DNA of 64,000 bases from contig JBNJNM010000015.1 in NCBI GenBank assembly GCA_052426225.1, forward strand, positions 992,001 to 1,056,000, read 5' to 3'. A program made the position numbers and the translations under genes. This DNA is from Zancudomyces culisetae HAW-14-8. Lineage: Eukaryota; Fungi; Kickxellomycota. Of this stretch, positions 24,074 to 37,134 are shown piece after piece; the stretch's first letter is position 1; each line of letters opens with the position of its first letter. The notes beneath the pieces were generated by a model. The model did no database searches. It was not told the origin of the DNA and was given only the letters and a program-made list of their open reading frames with translations.

Positions 24074-26167
24074 GATTCAAATAGCTTGTTTCTTCCCTAT
24101 ATCTTTCTTTTGCTTTAATCGAGGTTTCTCAAATAACTCAATAGATAGATATTGAATATAATGTTTTCTGAATACAAGGCAATATATATTGTGATAAACT
24201 AGCTCCAAATCACAAGTCAAGTTTATTGTTTGAACAGGTTGAAACAGTACTCATTTTCACATTCATTTTTATTGGCAAAGAGCTAGAACACCATTTTGTA
24301 GCCACTCATATCTGAGATTTTAGAAATGTGAAAGCCATCAATAAATAGGGCATGAAAATAAAAAGGTAAAATAGAGGAGACACAAAACAGAACTAGGAAC
24401 ATGATTTAGAAACAGTGAAAATTAAAGTTATAGCTAAAAAAAAGGATAATGAAAGCAAAGCGTCGGTTAATTTCCCGTTTGCGCTGCTTTAGTAGTACCC
24501 TCCCTTGAACATAAAATCACAACTGTTTTTATATTATACTCAATACCAATGACGCCGTAATATTCACTACTCAACTTAACTATCAGGCACACATTGAAAG
24601 GAAGATATAGAGGCTAGAAGCCAGCTAGAGCAAAGGATCTGGCAATCTGCTTTTTGCAATCAGACATCAATTGTTTAATAAATACACTTTTTTGTCGTTT
24701 TGTATCCTAGTATTATATATATTAGCAGCGCAACTTTGCCTGGGTTCCATAGCTTTTTTCCATGCCACGTATAAATGTGTGAATGTTTGAATGTGTGCAC
24801 ATGCCATTTATCCGGTAACTCCAAGTCCACAAAAGTTGGTTCCACTTATAGCTACACCTATAAAAGTCATAGGCATAGATATTAGTGGCTAGCCATTCTA
24901 CGACTCTGCCCATTAGTGCTTTCCATAAAAATTATTTCTGGTGCTAGAAAACCAATCACTAGCATCCAGATCTGGTTTTTGTACAATAACCACCTGAAAA
25001 AAAGGAAAATCACAACCATGAAGTGCTAAATCTGTTACTGGGTTTAGTACTTTGTAAATAAAAATGTGTAAATACAGGATGAATAGCAGATTTATGTTGT
25101 AATCAACTAATGGTATTATATTTTTGAACTCGACAGCGATCTGGGAAGCATTTGAGTACTGCTGTAAGTTTATTAATTTCTTCTCATTTTTATGTATGCA
25201 AGGCCAAGTTGCAAGACCTTTGAGTGCTAATCGGAGTCTAGTTTTGAATTCGAACTTTTATACTAGCGACCCAAGATTGTATGAGGGACAAGCGATATTT
25301 AGTTTCGCAATTTTACAAGTACCTTTTTTTTTTGGTAGTATGAGAGTGTTCAGAAATCAAGAACAGACTTGTAAAACCTGGTGAGGTGGATATGCCCTGT
25401 GAATCAAACCGACTAACTATGCTATTTTCAAAAAGGTGGCATATTGCATTATGGGTTATTCGGTACATAACCTCAGTGTCAATACAGAAAAGCATCACAA
25501 ATTATTACTCCCTAATTTTGGTGGGCCCATCAATGTATAAAGCAAAAATATCCAACAATAGAAAGCTCCCAGCATAATAACATAGCACACCTCCCGGTTT
25601 TAATTAGCACTTATGTTGAGGTTGATTAGCCTTAGGATCAACGACGGCACATTTTTTTCTTTGAGGTTCTAAAACCAAGATGGAAGCCAAAGTGGGAGTA
25701 AAAGCGTGAACAAAAGAAGAAAAAAGACCCAGAAGAGCAAAAATGTGTTAATAGATTACATATCTGACCAATCATGGTTTGCAACTCAATTGATGAAAAT
25801 CTTACTAGGCGAAAACTGCACTTTATTAGCCAGGCCAGGAGGAGTCTAACGAATCATTTCCTCTTCTGGCTTTAAAACAAACTTTTGATGCAATTTTTGT
25901 ACATAAACTTGCGGACGGGGTCTACTTTTGTTCATTATACACATACTTGAAAGGGTAAAATATTGCGCACTCAATAAATTTTCTTGTTATTGCTATTGTT
26001 ATCGTTATTGTTATTTTTTTTTCCTTTTCCTTTTCATTTTCCCTTTCCTTTTTCTTTCTCCTTATCCTTCTTATAGTTCTTGGTCTACCTTTAATTAGTT
26101 AGGTATAAATTTTGGCAGTGGATAGAACCCGAGCCGAGTCCAGATAAATAAAAGTCAATCGAATAAA

Positions 26168-27171
26168 ATGAGCGGCGCTACAATCCTTAATAAATACGTT
26201 ATTGTCTCTGCTCTGTCAATCGCGTTTAATCCACTTTTTTGGAATACTGTTGCCCGAGCAGGTAAGAAAACATTAAATATTTAAACCTTGTTGTAACTTC
26301 ACTGGGAATGAGTACATTCAAATACTAAAATGAGTTGTATTGAAATAGAGTACAGGTCGAAAATCCTGACAAAAGCATTTGGATCTCCAAAATTGGGTTG
26401 CTACGCCCTGGGCGCCACAATATTTCTTTTGGGAATATTTCGTGACTTTTTGTAAGCGATACACTTAATAATAGTTGTATAAATATGTTTATATGATGGG
26501 TTGTATGAAATAGCACAGCCTTTTTTCGTTTAACCGGACTTTGAATATGCATTAAATACAAATGTGGATATTTATATGGATATGAATATATATGCTATAT
26601 ACTAGGTACAAGCTCGCTATCCAAAACTCTCCAGCTTACACCATTTCGACTGGTATTCCATTAAAAGGAATATCCTATGTTCTGATACTTTTGGGGAATG
26701 TCTTTGTTTTGTCATCTATGTATAAGTTGGGATTCGTTGGTACCTATTTGGGTGAGACATTCTTATTCTTATTATTTTTTTGGGTGGTGTTATGTGAACA
26801 AGTGGTTATAAGATTTTTATCAAAAAAAGAAACTTGTATCGAAACAAGCTCAGAATGGTTTTTAGCATACTCTGATTCAAGACATGAACAGTTGACATAT
26901 GAGTTTTTATATTTTTAATTGAATAGGTGATTACTTTGGTATTCTTATGTCAGAAAGAGTAACATCATTTCCCTTCAACGTCTTGGAGCATCCCATGTAT
27001 GTAGGATCGACATTGAGCTTTTTTGGAGTGGCTTTGTACTACAACTCGCTTGTTGGTGTACTATTGAGCTGCTTTGTCATAGTGTGTTACATGGTTGCCT
27101 CCAAGTTTGAGGGAGAATTCACTTCGATGATCTATAGACAAGCTGCCGAAAAAGAGTCTAAGCGGAAATAA
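26168..27171 (+). CDS. OPI3: Phospholipid N-methyltransferase (PEMT/Opi3); exons 26168-26261, 26349-26451, 26606-26751, 26927-27171
   Basis: FNPLFWNTVARAEY, LSSMYKLGFVGTYLGDYFGILM, FPFNVLEHPMYVGST, FEGEFTSMIY. All introns are in phase. Confidence 0.95.
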
Positions 27172-27491
27172 CTTTACTTCCAGTCACCTACTTGTTCTTT
27201 GCATGTATCTAGCTTACCTTTTTTCTCTAGAAAAGTATGACTTTTTTTATTGAGCAAAGTAAACCTGTTTTTTTTTTAAAAAAAAGTAAAACTAACATAC
27301 TCAAAGCTAATCACAATTGAATAAATAAGAAAAAAAAGCTCTATATTATCATCAATTGGGGAAACGAGTGTAGCTCGCGGCAAAATTACAGAGAAAGAAA
27401 CACAGTGTGAATACTCGAGTATGCAATATACTGTTTCGGCAACTGTTTTATGTCCTGATTCAGTCCAAAAACTTCAATCTACTCCAACAAT

Positions 27492-27725
27492 TCAAACTTT
27501 GTAGCCAAAACTAGCCATACATTCTCTGTGTGCGATGATAAGATGGTGACAGTCTTGCTCTGCTGAATCACCCTTATCTAGGAAGCACTGATCTCTGGCC
27601 CTCTTGGTGTCAGGACAAGCGCAACATGGCTTTGGTTTTTCGGTATTCGTGGCGTTGTTTGGTAGCTCTTTCTTTTCAACTGCGTTGCCAGAATCGCTCT
27701 TTCCGAATCCAAGAAAACTCCACAT
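27492..27725 (-). CDS. COX17: Cytochrome c oxidase copper chaperone Cox17
   Basis: KPKPCCACPDTK.ARD.C...C..LI.AH.ECM..FGYKV (CC copper site plus twin Cx9C). Confidence 0.97.
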   Translation of the reverse strand: MWSFLGFGKSDSGNAVEKKELPNNATNTEKPKPCCACPDTKRARDQCFLDKGDSAEQDCHHLIIAHRECMASFGYKV

Positions 27726-28935
27726 TTTATATCTTTTTTTTTCTGTTTTAGTTTGATACTACTGAAAGCAATTTCGTTTATTGAAGGTGTAGTTAACACA
27801 ACCCAAATTCTACAGCCAAGAAAAAGTTGGTTTATATCTAAGAATATTTCTTAATATTTTTTGCTAAAATTAACAGAACCAAATCGAATATTTAACATTT
27901 TTTCAAGGGTTTTCACTGTTATAAAATATTAAAGTTTATCTTGAAAATTAGTAATCAATAATTTATTTGAAATATTGCAAATCGCGCATGAGGTGACAAA
28001 AAACGCAGGAAATTGAGCAATTAAGCCAAATTGTTGCGTTATTGACATACGGCCACAGTGGTATATAATTTAGAATGGTCTGCTCTCTACTCTCCTTAAC
28101 AATGACACCATCCACCGACTACATTAAAAGTAATAAAATGTGGTTGTATATTTCCAAATATAACATCACTAAGAAATAGTCAATGGTTAGCGATTAGGGC
28201 CTATTGTTAAAGTGGTATATAGCCTCACACAGAATGATTTTTAAATTTGCACACAAGAAGGTATTCAAGTGAATAGAAGAGATCAGCTCCGTTACGGATA
28301 AAAAAAGATGCTATTCTTGAATAATATTTATCATGTGAAAGTAGTCCTATCATTGATAATAATAATAAAGTTTCTAAAATGAGAAATAAAAAAAAAAAAT
28401 TGGTGGGGGATATGAGGAAGTGACACTCAAAAGGTACAACTGATATAGTACAATACACTATTATTGTACAGAGAGTCTACTAGCAATAAAAAACTAGTAA
28501 AATAATGTTGTGATCTGTGCGGTATTGTAGATGAAATTGTTAATGTGACGTATACTTCAGCCAAGATGATGGTTGAGTTTGATATAGCACTTTGATTATG
28601 TCTGTTATACTCAGGTCTCAGATCACTCAGCTAGTTCTGATTGCCGTTTATGAATGTTTCAACTAATTTTATTATTATTGATATAATAATAAATACAAAG
28701 TAAAGTCTAGGAACTACTGCGTGCTATATGTGTATTAAGTTCGGTTAAGATTGGATAATCTTTGTTTTTTCACTATTGACTTTACTAACATAGATCGATC
28801 TTTATTTAAGATACCGATGATGCTCTTATTGATGGTTATACTCTGCTATTAATTGTAACTGATTAGCTGGAAAGAAGTATCTAGTCGCTATACTACAATA
28901 CAAAAACCATGTATGATCATGACTGAAAAAAGTTT

Positions 28936-28950
28936 CAAAAAAAATAAAAA
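28936..28950 (-). terminator. Pol III T-run terminator downstream of tRNA-Glu
   Basis: Minus strand reads TTTTTATTTTTTTT within a few nt of the tRNA-Glu 3' end. Confidence 0.8.
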
Positions 28951-28952
28951 GA

Positions 28953-29024
28953 CTCCGATACGGGGAATCGAACCCCGGCCGTCTCGGTGAAAGCGAGAAA
29001 TCCTAGCCACTGGACCATATCGGA
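28953..29024 (-). tRNA. tRNA-Glu (TTC)
   Basis: Reverse complement TCCGATATGGTCCAGTGGCTAGGATTTCTCGCTTTCACCGAGACGGCCGGGGTTCGATTCCCCGTATCGGAG: full cloverleaf, A/B boxes, followed by a T-run terminator. Confidence 0.97.
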
Positions 29025-29031
29025 AACAGAA

Positions 29032-29103
29032 CTCTCGGACCGGGAATTGAACCCGGGTCTCCAATGTGACAGACTGGGATACTGACCACTATACTATCCG
29101 AGA
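29032..29103 (-). tRNA. tRNA-Asp (GTC)
   Basis: Reverse complement TCTCGGATAGTATAGTGGTCAGTATCCCAGTCTGTCACATTGGAGACCCGGGTTCAATTCCCGGTCCGAGAG: cloverleaf with GTC anticodon. Confidence 0.96.
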
Positions 29104-30099
29104 ATTTTCTTGACTACAGTTTTATTATTATATATACAAAACTATAAAAATATTTATAATTTTGGTTATTATGAAATAGGTTGGAGCGGATTCACACTAT
29201 AATTTCAAAGAGTAGGCTTGATATATACTGAATGTACGTTTATTTTATTTTTATATAATTTTTTATCTAGTTCTTCATTTCCATATCTACTCTTATAAAC
29301 AAATAATAAACCGAACTTCATCTTTAAATTATAATACATCATCTGCAATAAATACCACCACTAGTTAAAAAATCGTAAATTCATTAATCGATATTATATA
29401 ATCCTATGTGCATTGATTAAAAGTGTGTACTATTTACTTTTCCACACAAACATTTATCTACTTTTACTAATAATCTTCTAATAATGTATAATTACGCTGC
29501 AATTCTAAATTTTTGCAGCCCAAAGTTAGTAACAATATATGAGTGTGATATATTGTAACCATCGCAGTTTGTATTTCGTTGCTTTTTACAAACCCTTTTC
29601 TCTCTTTTATTTCCGTTTTATTTATCCCTAATTCCTCAAACTAAGAGTTTGTCATGCTAGGATTGAAAAGGAAAAGACTATCTAGTATTTAATAAGATTC
29701 TTACATAAGTGCAGAACATGATTTCATTTTTCCAGAATCAAATGAACGTACCTATATAAAGACCCAGCCAACACAGTAAAGTGTAATATGTACAATAACT
29801 TGCAAGTAATAACCAATCTTGAGAGTTTCGTTTATAGCCTGTATACAGCAAGTACACGACACATTGAAGCCAGACGTTATTATAAATAATTTACATAGCT
29901 TGATATGATATGCATACCAAGCTAACTCGTGATATACAAAACATCAGATTTCAACCAAAAGGTCCAATCGAACCCAGAAATATAGTGATGGTTTGATTCT
30001 ATGATTTTTTTTGTGACCATCTGTTTCGATTCTTTTTAAATAAAAGTTATTTTGCTTAAAATCGTTGACTTAAGAATCAGAAGGTGGTGTTGAGATCTA

Positions 30100-30531
30100 T
30101 TATACCATTTTCAGTTTTTTTCTCTGCATAATGATCGCGTTTTTATACACAAATAAATCCAACCCATTGACTTCGGCTATACAAGTTGCAGATAGATAAA
30201 CAGATTTAAAACTAGGCATATCCATAAACTCAGTGCCATCCACTACCTTGTGCTCCTCAGCAAAGTTGGGGATATGTAAAAGTTTTCCAATTACCATTAT
30301 GAAATTATTCTCAAACGAAACTATATTGTTAAACAAGCCAATTTCCAGATTAATGGAATATTGCTGATCAAACGCTGAAAAAGGATCGGTCAAAGTTGCT
30401 GTTTTGGATTTAATATCAACATTCGAAAGAAGCCCGACAAGCCTGATATTCTTATTTAGCCATTTAGAAAGCTGATCTGGAGATGATATTTCATCAAAAA
30501 ACACAGGAACTCCGTGTTCATTCTCGTTCAT
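30100..30531 (-). CDS. TEN1: CST complex subunit Ten1 (OB-fold, animal/plant-type)
   Basis: G.PVF..EI, IRLVG.L...D....A.L, FIMVIG.L and LSATCIAEVNGLDL.VY..AI..QR, matching the human TEN1 pattern VKARVLTCVEGMNL..LEQAI.EQR. Confidence 0.75.
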   Translation of the reverse strand: MNENEHGVPVFFDEISSPDQLSKWLNKNIRLVGLLSNVDIKSKTATLTDPFSAFDQQYSINLEIGLFNNIVSFENNFIMVIGKLLHIPNFAEEHKVVDGTEFMDMPSFKSVYLSATCIAEVNGLDLFVYKNAIIMQRKKLKMV

Positions 30532-30983
30532 TGTTTATAATCTATTCTACGCGGAAAGTGGAATACCTACTCTTAACTGCTGTTTATATAAAAAAACTGC
30601 AATTTCGTAAATTTGTGATGGCCTAGCCTATCTTTTCAGACTTGATGTTGGTATTTAGCTGGGTTTATCTAGCTAGCAGAACTGTTGTTTACTATACGCT
30701 TTTACGCACCTATTTGGTTTCAGTAACAATGACTTCTAGCTTAGTGTCATCATTGCCACCAGCATTTATTGGTGGGTTTTGGAATGCTGGAAATTGAGGA
30801 AAATTTTTTGCCTAATTCTTGAATTTTGCTAACGTAATGCATATTTACTTTATTTAGCTTTAGAAAGCCCGAAACCCACAAAAAAAAATAGAAATTAAAA
30901 CAAAGGATACTGCTTATAGTAATTTCAATAATCAATTATACAGATATACTTTTGTTTGAAACGAAAATTCAAGGAAAATAAAT

Positions 30984-32488
30984 ATGGTAAGCCAAAAGTG
31001 AAGTTTGCTGAATTAACATATAGCAAATTTATCAACATTCTTAATTATGATAAACTATAAACAAATCCAAATAGGGTAATTCAATGTCAGGATTCCAGGG
31101 TGGGGAAAAGAAGAAGGTAAAGTGATAATCACGAGAACCAAAGAAAACTGAATCATCTACTATTAAACATTGTTCATACTTCATATTCGCAGTGGTTACT
31201 AATATATTTTATAATCTAATAGAAGCCCGAGCCCAAAAAATGGGAGCCACCACTCCCCACAACAATAGGAAAGCGCAGAAGAAAGAGAGGGCCAGATACA
31301 GCAACAAAATTACCTGGAGTGTTTCCAACAACAAGATGTAATCTCAAGCTGCTCAAATTGCAACGAATAAACGATTATTTGTTGATGGAGCAGGAATTTG
31401 TAGAAGAACAGGAGCGACTGAAACCACAAGAGGAAAAACTCCAGGAAGAACGTGCCAAAGTAGATGAGATTCGCGGTGCACCAATTTCAGTTGGAACACT
31501 GGAGGAGGTGATAGATGACAATCACGCGATAGTATCCACATCTTCAGGACCCGAGTACTATGTGACTATGTTGTCGATAGTGGATAAGGACCTCTTGGAA
31601 CCAGGATGCTCGGTACTTTTACATCATAAGAGTATGGCAGTGGTTGGAGTTTTGCAAGATGATGTGGATCCGATGGTCAGCGTAATGAAGTTGGAGAAGG
31701 CACCAACAGAGTCATATGCAGACATTGGAGGATTGGAGCAGCAGATACAGGAGATTAAGGAGGCGGTAGAATTGCCGCTGACACATCCAGAGCTGTACGA
31801 AGAAATGGGAATCAAGCCACCAAAAGGCGTGATATTGTATGGAGTTCCAGGTACAGGAAAAACACTATTGGCAAAAGCAGTCGCCAACCAGACATCAGCA
31901 ACGTTTTTGAGAGTGGTTGGGTCAGAGCTAATTCAGAAGTATCTTGGAGATGGACCCAAGCTTGTACGCGAGCTTTTTAGAGTAGCAGAGGACTATGCAC
32001 CATCGATCGTGTTTATAGATGAAATCGATGCGGTTGGTACCAAACGGTACGACTCCAACTCCGGCGGTACAAAGGAAATTCAACGCACAATGTTGGAGCT
32101 ACTGAACCAGCTTGACGGTTTTGACTCACGTGGAGATGTCAAGGTTATCATGGCAACAAACAAAATTGAAACACTGGATCCAGCACTGATCCGTCCAGGC
32201 AGAATTGACCGGAAAATTGAATTCCCTTTGCCGGACGTCAAAACCAAGCGCCGTATCTTTGGCATCCACACAGCCAAAATGACACTTAACGAAGACGTTG
32301 ACTTGGAGGAATATGTCATGTCTAAGGACGACCTTTCAGGCGCTGATATCAAAGCAATTTGTACCGAAGCCGGTTTACTTGCTCTGAGAGAAAGAAGAAT
32401 GAAGGTGTGCAATGAAGATTTTCGTAAGGCTAGAGAAAAGGTGCTCATTAGAAAGAACGAAGGGACTCCCGAAGGACTATACATTTAA
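30984..32488 (+). CDS. RPT2: 26S proteasome AAA-ATPase Rpt2 (PSMC1); exons 30984-30986 (ATG only), 31075-31116, 31223-32488
   Basis: Spliced MGNSMS (myristoylation site), [26 protein letters not shown]-terminal HbYX GLYI. Confidence 0.97.
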
Positions 32489-32542
32489 TTTTTATACTTT
32501 ATTTTATTTCACCAGCTCAGTGTCAGTGTCATTGTCTTTATT

Positions 32543-33241
32543 TTATTCGCTTTCTTCTGTATCTATACTATTGCTACTAACGTTCCTTGCCAATGTTGCT
32601 TGCAATAAAAGTGTTCGCATCTCTTTGAAACTCATCGGTACCTTTTTGATTGCCGTTTGGCCCATTCTGTTGCTTATCCGCGGATCGGCTCCTCGTTCTA
32701 TTAGAAGTCCCGCCATTTCCAATGCCACCTCTTCATCTTGGTATGTTACTGCCAAGTGTAGCGGAGTGTTTCCCTCTATCCTGTTTTTGATATTTGGATC
32801 CAGATCTTCACGCTGCGCCAATGCTTCTATACAATCTACAGATCCACATTGTGCTCTATTTTATTATTCGTTTATTCGTTCATTTATATACTTGTTTTCT
32901 GGTTTTTCATTGCCAATAATTCTTCCTACTATTCCAATTTAGATGAAAAATTTAAAAACAAAGGCAGTAAGAAGCTAAAGGACTTACGCATAGTGTAGAC
33001 CTGTATTTCCAACCCCATCCACACCATTTACTTGTGTACTTCCATCTTTTAGTACCTGCACGACCAATTCTGGGTAATCTTGCTTGCATGCCGCCAACAA
33101 TTGTTCAACTATTTAATTATATCACACACATTTTTCTCGTTTTGAGTATTTCCATGTCAAAAGATCATATGTTTTCACCCTTACATCTCTCGATGAAGAG
33201 ATACTGAATCCACCAAACTTACCTCCGGTTGCTCCGTCCAT
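32543..33241 (-). CDS. Small ankyrin-repeat protein, YGL242C-like; 3 exons
   Basis: Spliced MDGATG.EQLLAACKQD..., DGVGNTGLHY, DLDPNIKNRIEGNTPLHLAV, LIERGADPRISN, acidic tail. Confidence 0.8.
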
Positions 33242-36117
33242 TTTTTATTTCTCTGTTTGTTTTATAGGGTACTAATTCCAAATTTTCTTACTATACAAAA
33301 ACTGTTCACCAAAAAATAATTAAAGTGAAAATAAATGCTATAGCTAGATTTTTGTGTTACGTCAATTATTTAAAAGAATAGTTTCTAAATTTTGTAATCA
33401 TCGAGTATTTTAATTACAGCCTAGAGTTTAATTTGATTGTGAATGCAAGAGCCTATTTTTGTCACATGTATAAATGTAGGAAAGAAAGCGGTATATATAT
33501 GTATTTGTATTTGTATGTGTATGTGTTTATGTATGATTAGTGTTTGTGTTTATGTCCGTATTTGTGTAAATGTACACATATGTGTGTACTTGTACGCTTA
33601 TGTTTTCTTTCTTTTGGTCAACTACCCCAAGACCCAAGCAGAAATTACCACAATTTGGAAAAATCATTCAATTAATTGGCATGGTATTAATAGCACCATT
33701 CATTTATTTGGGCGCGGGATATTTTACACTCCAGCAAGAGATCGTTAGCTATAAGACTAAAATAAACTCGAGCAGCAACTTATACGTCGTGGAATACAAG
33801 GGGATATAAAATAACCAATTTGGTATAATAATTAGTATACAAAACCAACAACAAAAAAGAGTTTATTTGCATGTGTAGCGCATTCCCGTACTGCGGTCTT
33901 AGTTTTTTTTTTGGCGTCCACAATCAGTGGTGTTTCTGCCTCCTAGCTGCTGGACTGCTATTCAACTTTTTTTTAGCATAGATGGACAGGTAAAGGTGTT
34001 AAGCCCGTTCTTGTGACGAAAACATTAGTAACAGTGAGAAAATAGCCATGGATGTCGGTCTTTTTGGTATAATTGTTACCATGGCACATCTATAAGGATT
34101 AAAGTGGTGGCCGATTTTTGTACATTAATTGATTTTTCCATAGTAAATATACTTTACTAACGGGGCTTAAAAAACTTTTTTTTTTGTTAAAATTAACTTA
34201 TCCCTCCAGAAGATACGTACATTTCCGTTCCAATCAAATCGAGAATAGAAATTGAGATTTGCTACTGATGTTGTGATTAACTCGGGATTTTTCATTGTGA
34301 GTTCAGGCTTTTCTGATTTAGCTTTTACTTTATGCTCTTTGATATACTGTGTGGACAAGAAAATTGCGAGTTATTAATCGTAAAAAAGAAAGGCAAATCT
34401 CAGGTGAGAAGAGGAGAGTGGAAGAGGTGGAATGTTTTTCCCAAAACACCAAAACTTTCTTCAGTGTATGCTCAGTATAGCATTTATTTCAAGGAAAGGC
34501 TTCATCCTTGTATCTTCTAGAGTTTATTATCCGGGTTTTTATTACATAAGAATATAGTCATGCACCCATGCTCACAATTATACCAAGAATGGCAGAAAAT
34601 ACCTCCTAGATTTATGTAGTGGTGAGCCCAACATATAAATGCTGTTTGTAGTGGAGACAGGCGCCATCCGCTTTACACAGGTGATATCATGTAAGTGTTT
34701 GGATAGGATATGGGGCAAATAATAAGAATTGGATTGTTATATACATAGCAACGTCGATATCCAAAATCACATATGTCTATTCTGCTAATGAAAGTCGTCG
34801 TTCCGGATACAAAAGTTAAATAGAGAGATGGTTTAAAACATAACATGCAAGGATCATCAAATACACAGTTCATAAATGCTCTCAAAGAAATTGTAGATAC
34901 ATTGCGTTTTTGCACATTTGCTTCCACATGCTTTTTCTTCATAAAGCTTGTGCAAGTACTTTGCAGCTATTCGCTAAAAATGCCGATTATGTAACAAAAA
35001 ACAATGAATAGGTAAACTGAAAAGCATCTATAGCCATTTAGTCTGTCTGTTCTGAAACGGATTTGAAATCATGGCAAAAATTTACCTAGCTTTGGCTGAT
35101 AAATCCAGGCTATCTATATCTGCTTTTTGTGATTTTTTCCTGGACAACCGAGCATCATCAGGTGATGCGGCTTTTATTTTTTGTTACTCTCTCTCATCCA
35201 CTAGTTTTGAACAAACTGCCGTTCCACTGATCATGTCAAGCTGCTCATTCTGTTCTCGGTTTCGCACCTGGGGTTCTCGCTGAGCTGATTTGGTATTTTC
35301 CTGCAAGCATTCCAGGTTTACAACGTTTTTCCAAAACTGACGATTTTTCAAGAATTCCATATGATTTCGTATGATTTTTTTCTTTGTTGGTTTTTGTATA
35401 TAGTTTTGTAATCTTCCCTCAAAATTTTTTTTGTACTAATTAATTTAGTAATAATTCAAGTGTCTTAATATGTACATGTAAATAAAAGTTACGTTTCTAC
35501 GTCGATTTTCAAACAGGACCAAAACCATTTTACCACGACAGCCTTGAGCCGAAAGTGTTATTAAATCTTGTCAAAACAGGGTCATTAGACATTCATAGGT
35601 ATCTCTTGCTCGTTATTTTCTAGTCTTTTTCTGCAGAAACAAGAATACATTAGAGATAAAGTCAAAGTAGGGAGGAGGGAATATTGATTGTCGTAATAGA
35701 TCAGGGAGTAAACTTTTTGAAACGATCGTCGAAATTATTTAGAAACAGCAGTGCAGCTACTTTTCTACCAGACATACCACCTACCCACCTCGTCAAAGTT
35801 TGAATCTCTGATACATTGTGTAGTACTAACTCTACCTTGGAAGAATCAACACGTATATAAACAACAATTTCGGCAATTCGGCAAAATCTAGCTTGACCTA
35901 CTTGCCATTCAATCAGAAATTAAAGTATATGAGTAACATTAACATACAGAATCAAACATTCACAACCAAGTATATCAAGGTTTGTATTTAAAACGGGGAA
36001 AGGCCAGATACATACGAATACATAGGAAGTGATTTTTTGAAAATTGTTAAATTTGAACAACAATTGAATACTCTTTGTAATTAAAGTACCAAGAAAAAAC
36101 AAAAAAACAAAAAAAAA

Positions 36118-37134
36118 ATGCTAAGAGGAGGTGAAAGGACTCTTGATGAAAAAATTATTCATGAAGAAAAGGTGCTGGCGAAACCAGCTTTGAATGAATT
36201 CTCGACCCTTGAGACGCTAGGAACAGGTACATTTGGCCGGGTTTTACTGTGTAGGTACAACAAAACGAGTAAATACTATGCACTAAAGATTTTGAAAAAG
36301 ACACAAATCGTAAAACTCAAGCAGGTGGAACATGTAAATAACGAAAAGAAGATTCTGGAGGCGATTTCGCACCCGTTCATAGTAAAGCTCCATTTGACGC
36401 TGCAGGATGAACGAAATTTGTTTATGGTTCTAGAATATGTTCCGGGCGGCGAACTGTTCTCACACCTAAAAAAGTATGGGCAGTTTTCAGAAAGCACAGC
36501 AAGGTTTTATGCGGCAGAAATTATCCTTGCAATTGAATACTTACACAGTCTTAATATCATTTATCGGGATATGAAACCCGAAAACTTGCTTCTAGATCAA
36601 TATGGTCATATAAAACTTACAGACTTCGGATTCGCTAAACGTATCGGTGATCGCACATGGACTCTTTGTGGAACTCCAGAGTATGTCGCACCAGAGATAA
36701 TTCAAAGCAAAGGACATGGTAAAGCTGTGGATTGGTGGGCAATTGGAATTTTGATATATGAAATGCTGGTTGGATACCCACCTTTTTATGACCATAATCC
36801 ATTTACTACCTACGAAAAGATCCTCTCGGCCAGGGTTTCTTTTCCTGTAAACTGTGGTGTTGTAAGCAGAGATTTAATCACCAGGCTGCTTAACAGGGAT
36901 GTCTCCAAAAGACTCGGGAATCTGTGTTGTGGATCTGCAGATGTGAAAAGACATCCGTGGTTTTCTCAAATTAACTGGAACCACATTTTATCGCGTTCCA
37001 TTAGGCCACCGATTGTTCCTGTGTACTCATATCCTGGCGATACTAGCAACTTTGATAGATATCCTAACCCCCCTCAAGAACCCGAGCCTGAACCAGGGAT
37101 TGATCCTTACAGATACCTGTTTTCTGATTTTTGA
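36118..37134 (+). CDS. cAMP-dependent protein kinase catalytic subunit (PKA-C/PRKX-like), intronless
   Basis: LGTGTFGRV, LKQVEHVNNEK, YRDMKPEN, DFGFAK, TWTLCGTPEY, GDTSNFD, C-terminal FSDF. Confidence 0.95.
   Translation: MLRGGERTLDEKIIHEEKVLAKPALNEFSTLETLGTGTFGRVLLCRYNKTSKYYALKILKKTQIVKLKQVEHVNNEKKILEAISHPFIVKLHLTLQDERNLFMVLEYVPGGELFSHLKKYGQFSESTARFYAAEIILAIEYLHSLNIIYRDMKPENLLLDQYGHIKLTDFGFAKRIGDRTWTLCGTPEYVAPEIIQSKGHGKAVDWWAIGILIYEMLVGYPPFYDHNPFTTYEKILSARVSFPVNCGVVSRDLITRLLNRDVSKRLGNLCCGSADVKRHPWFSQINWNHILSRSIRPPIVPVYSYPGDTSNFDRYPNPPQEPEPEPGIDPYRYLFSDF

Noticed and set aside
24700-25600. Possible decayed transporter fragments between HSDL2 and OPI3
   Set aside because: Only vague hydrophobic snippets in mixed frames, with no recognisable motif.
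34673-35360. Minus-strand coding-like region (MEFLKNRQFW..., in-frame TAA at 35186-35184, donor-like site at 35085)
   Set aside because: No acceptor gave a consistent frame and no family was recognised; it cannot be supported as a gene or pseudogene.
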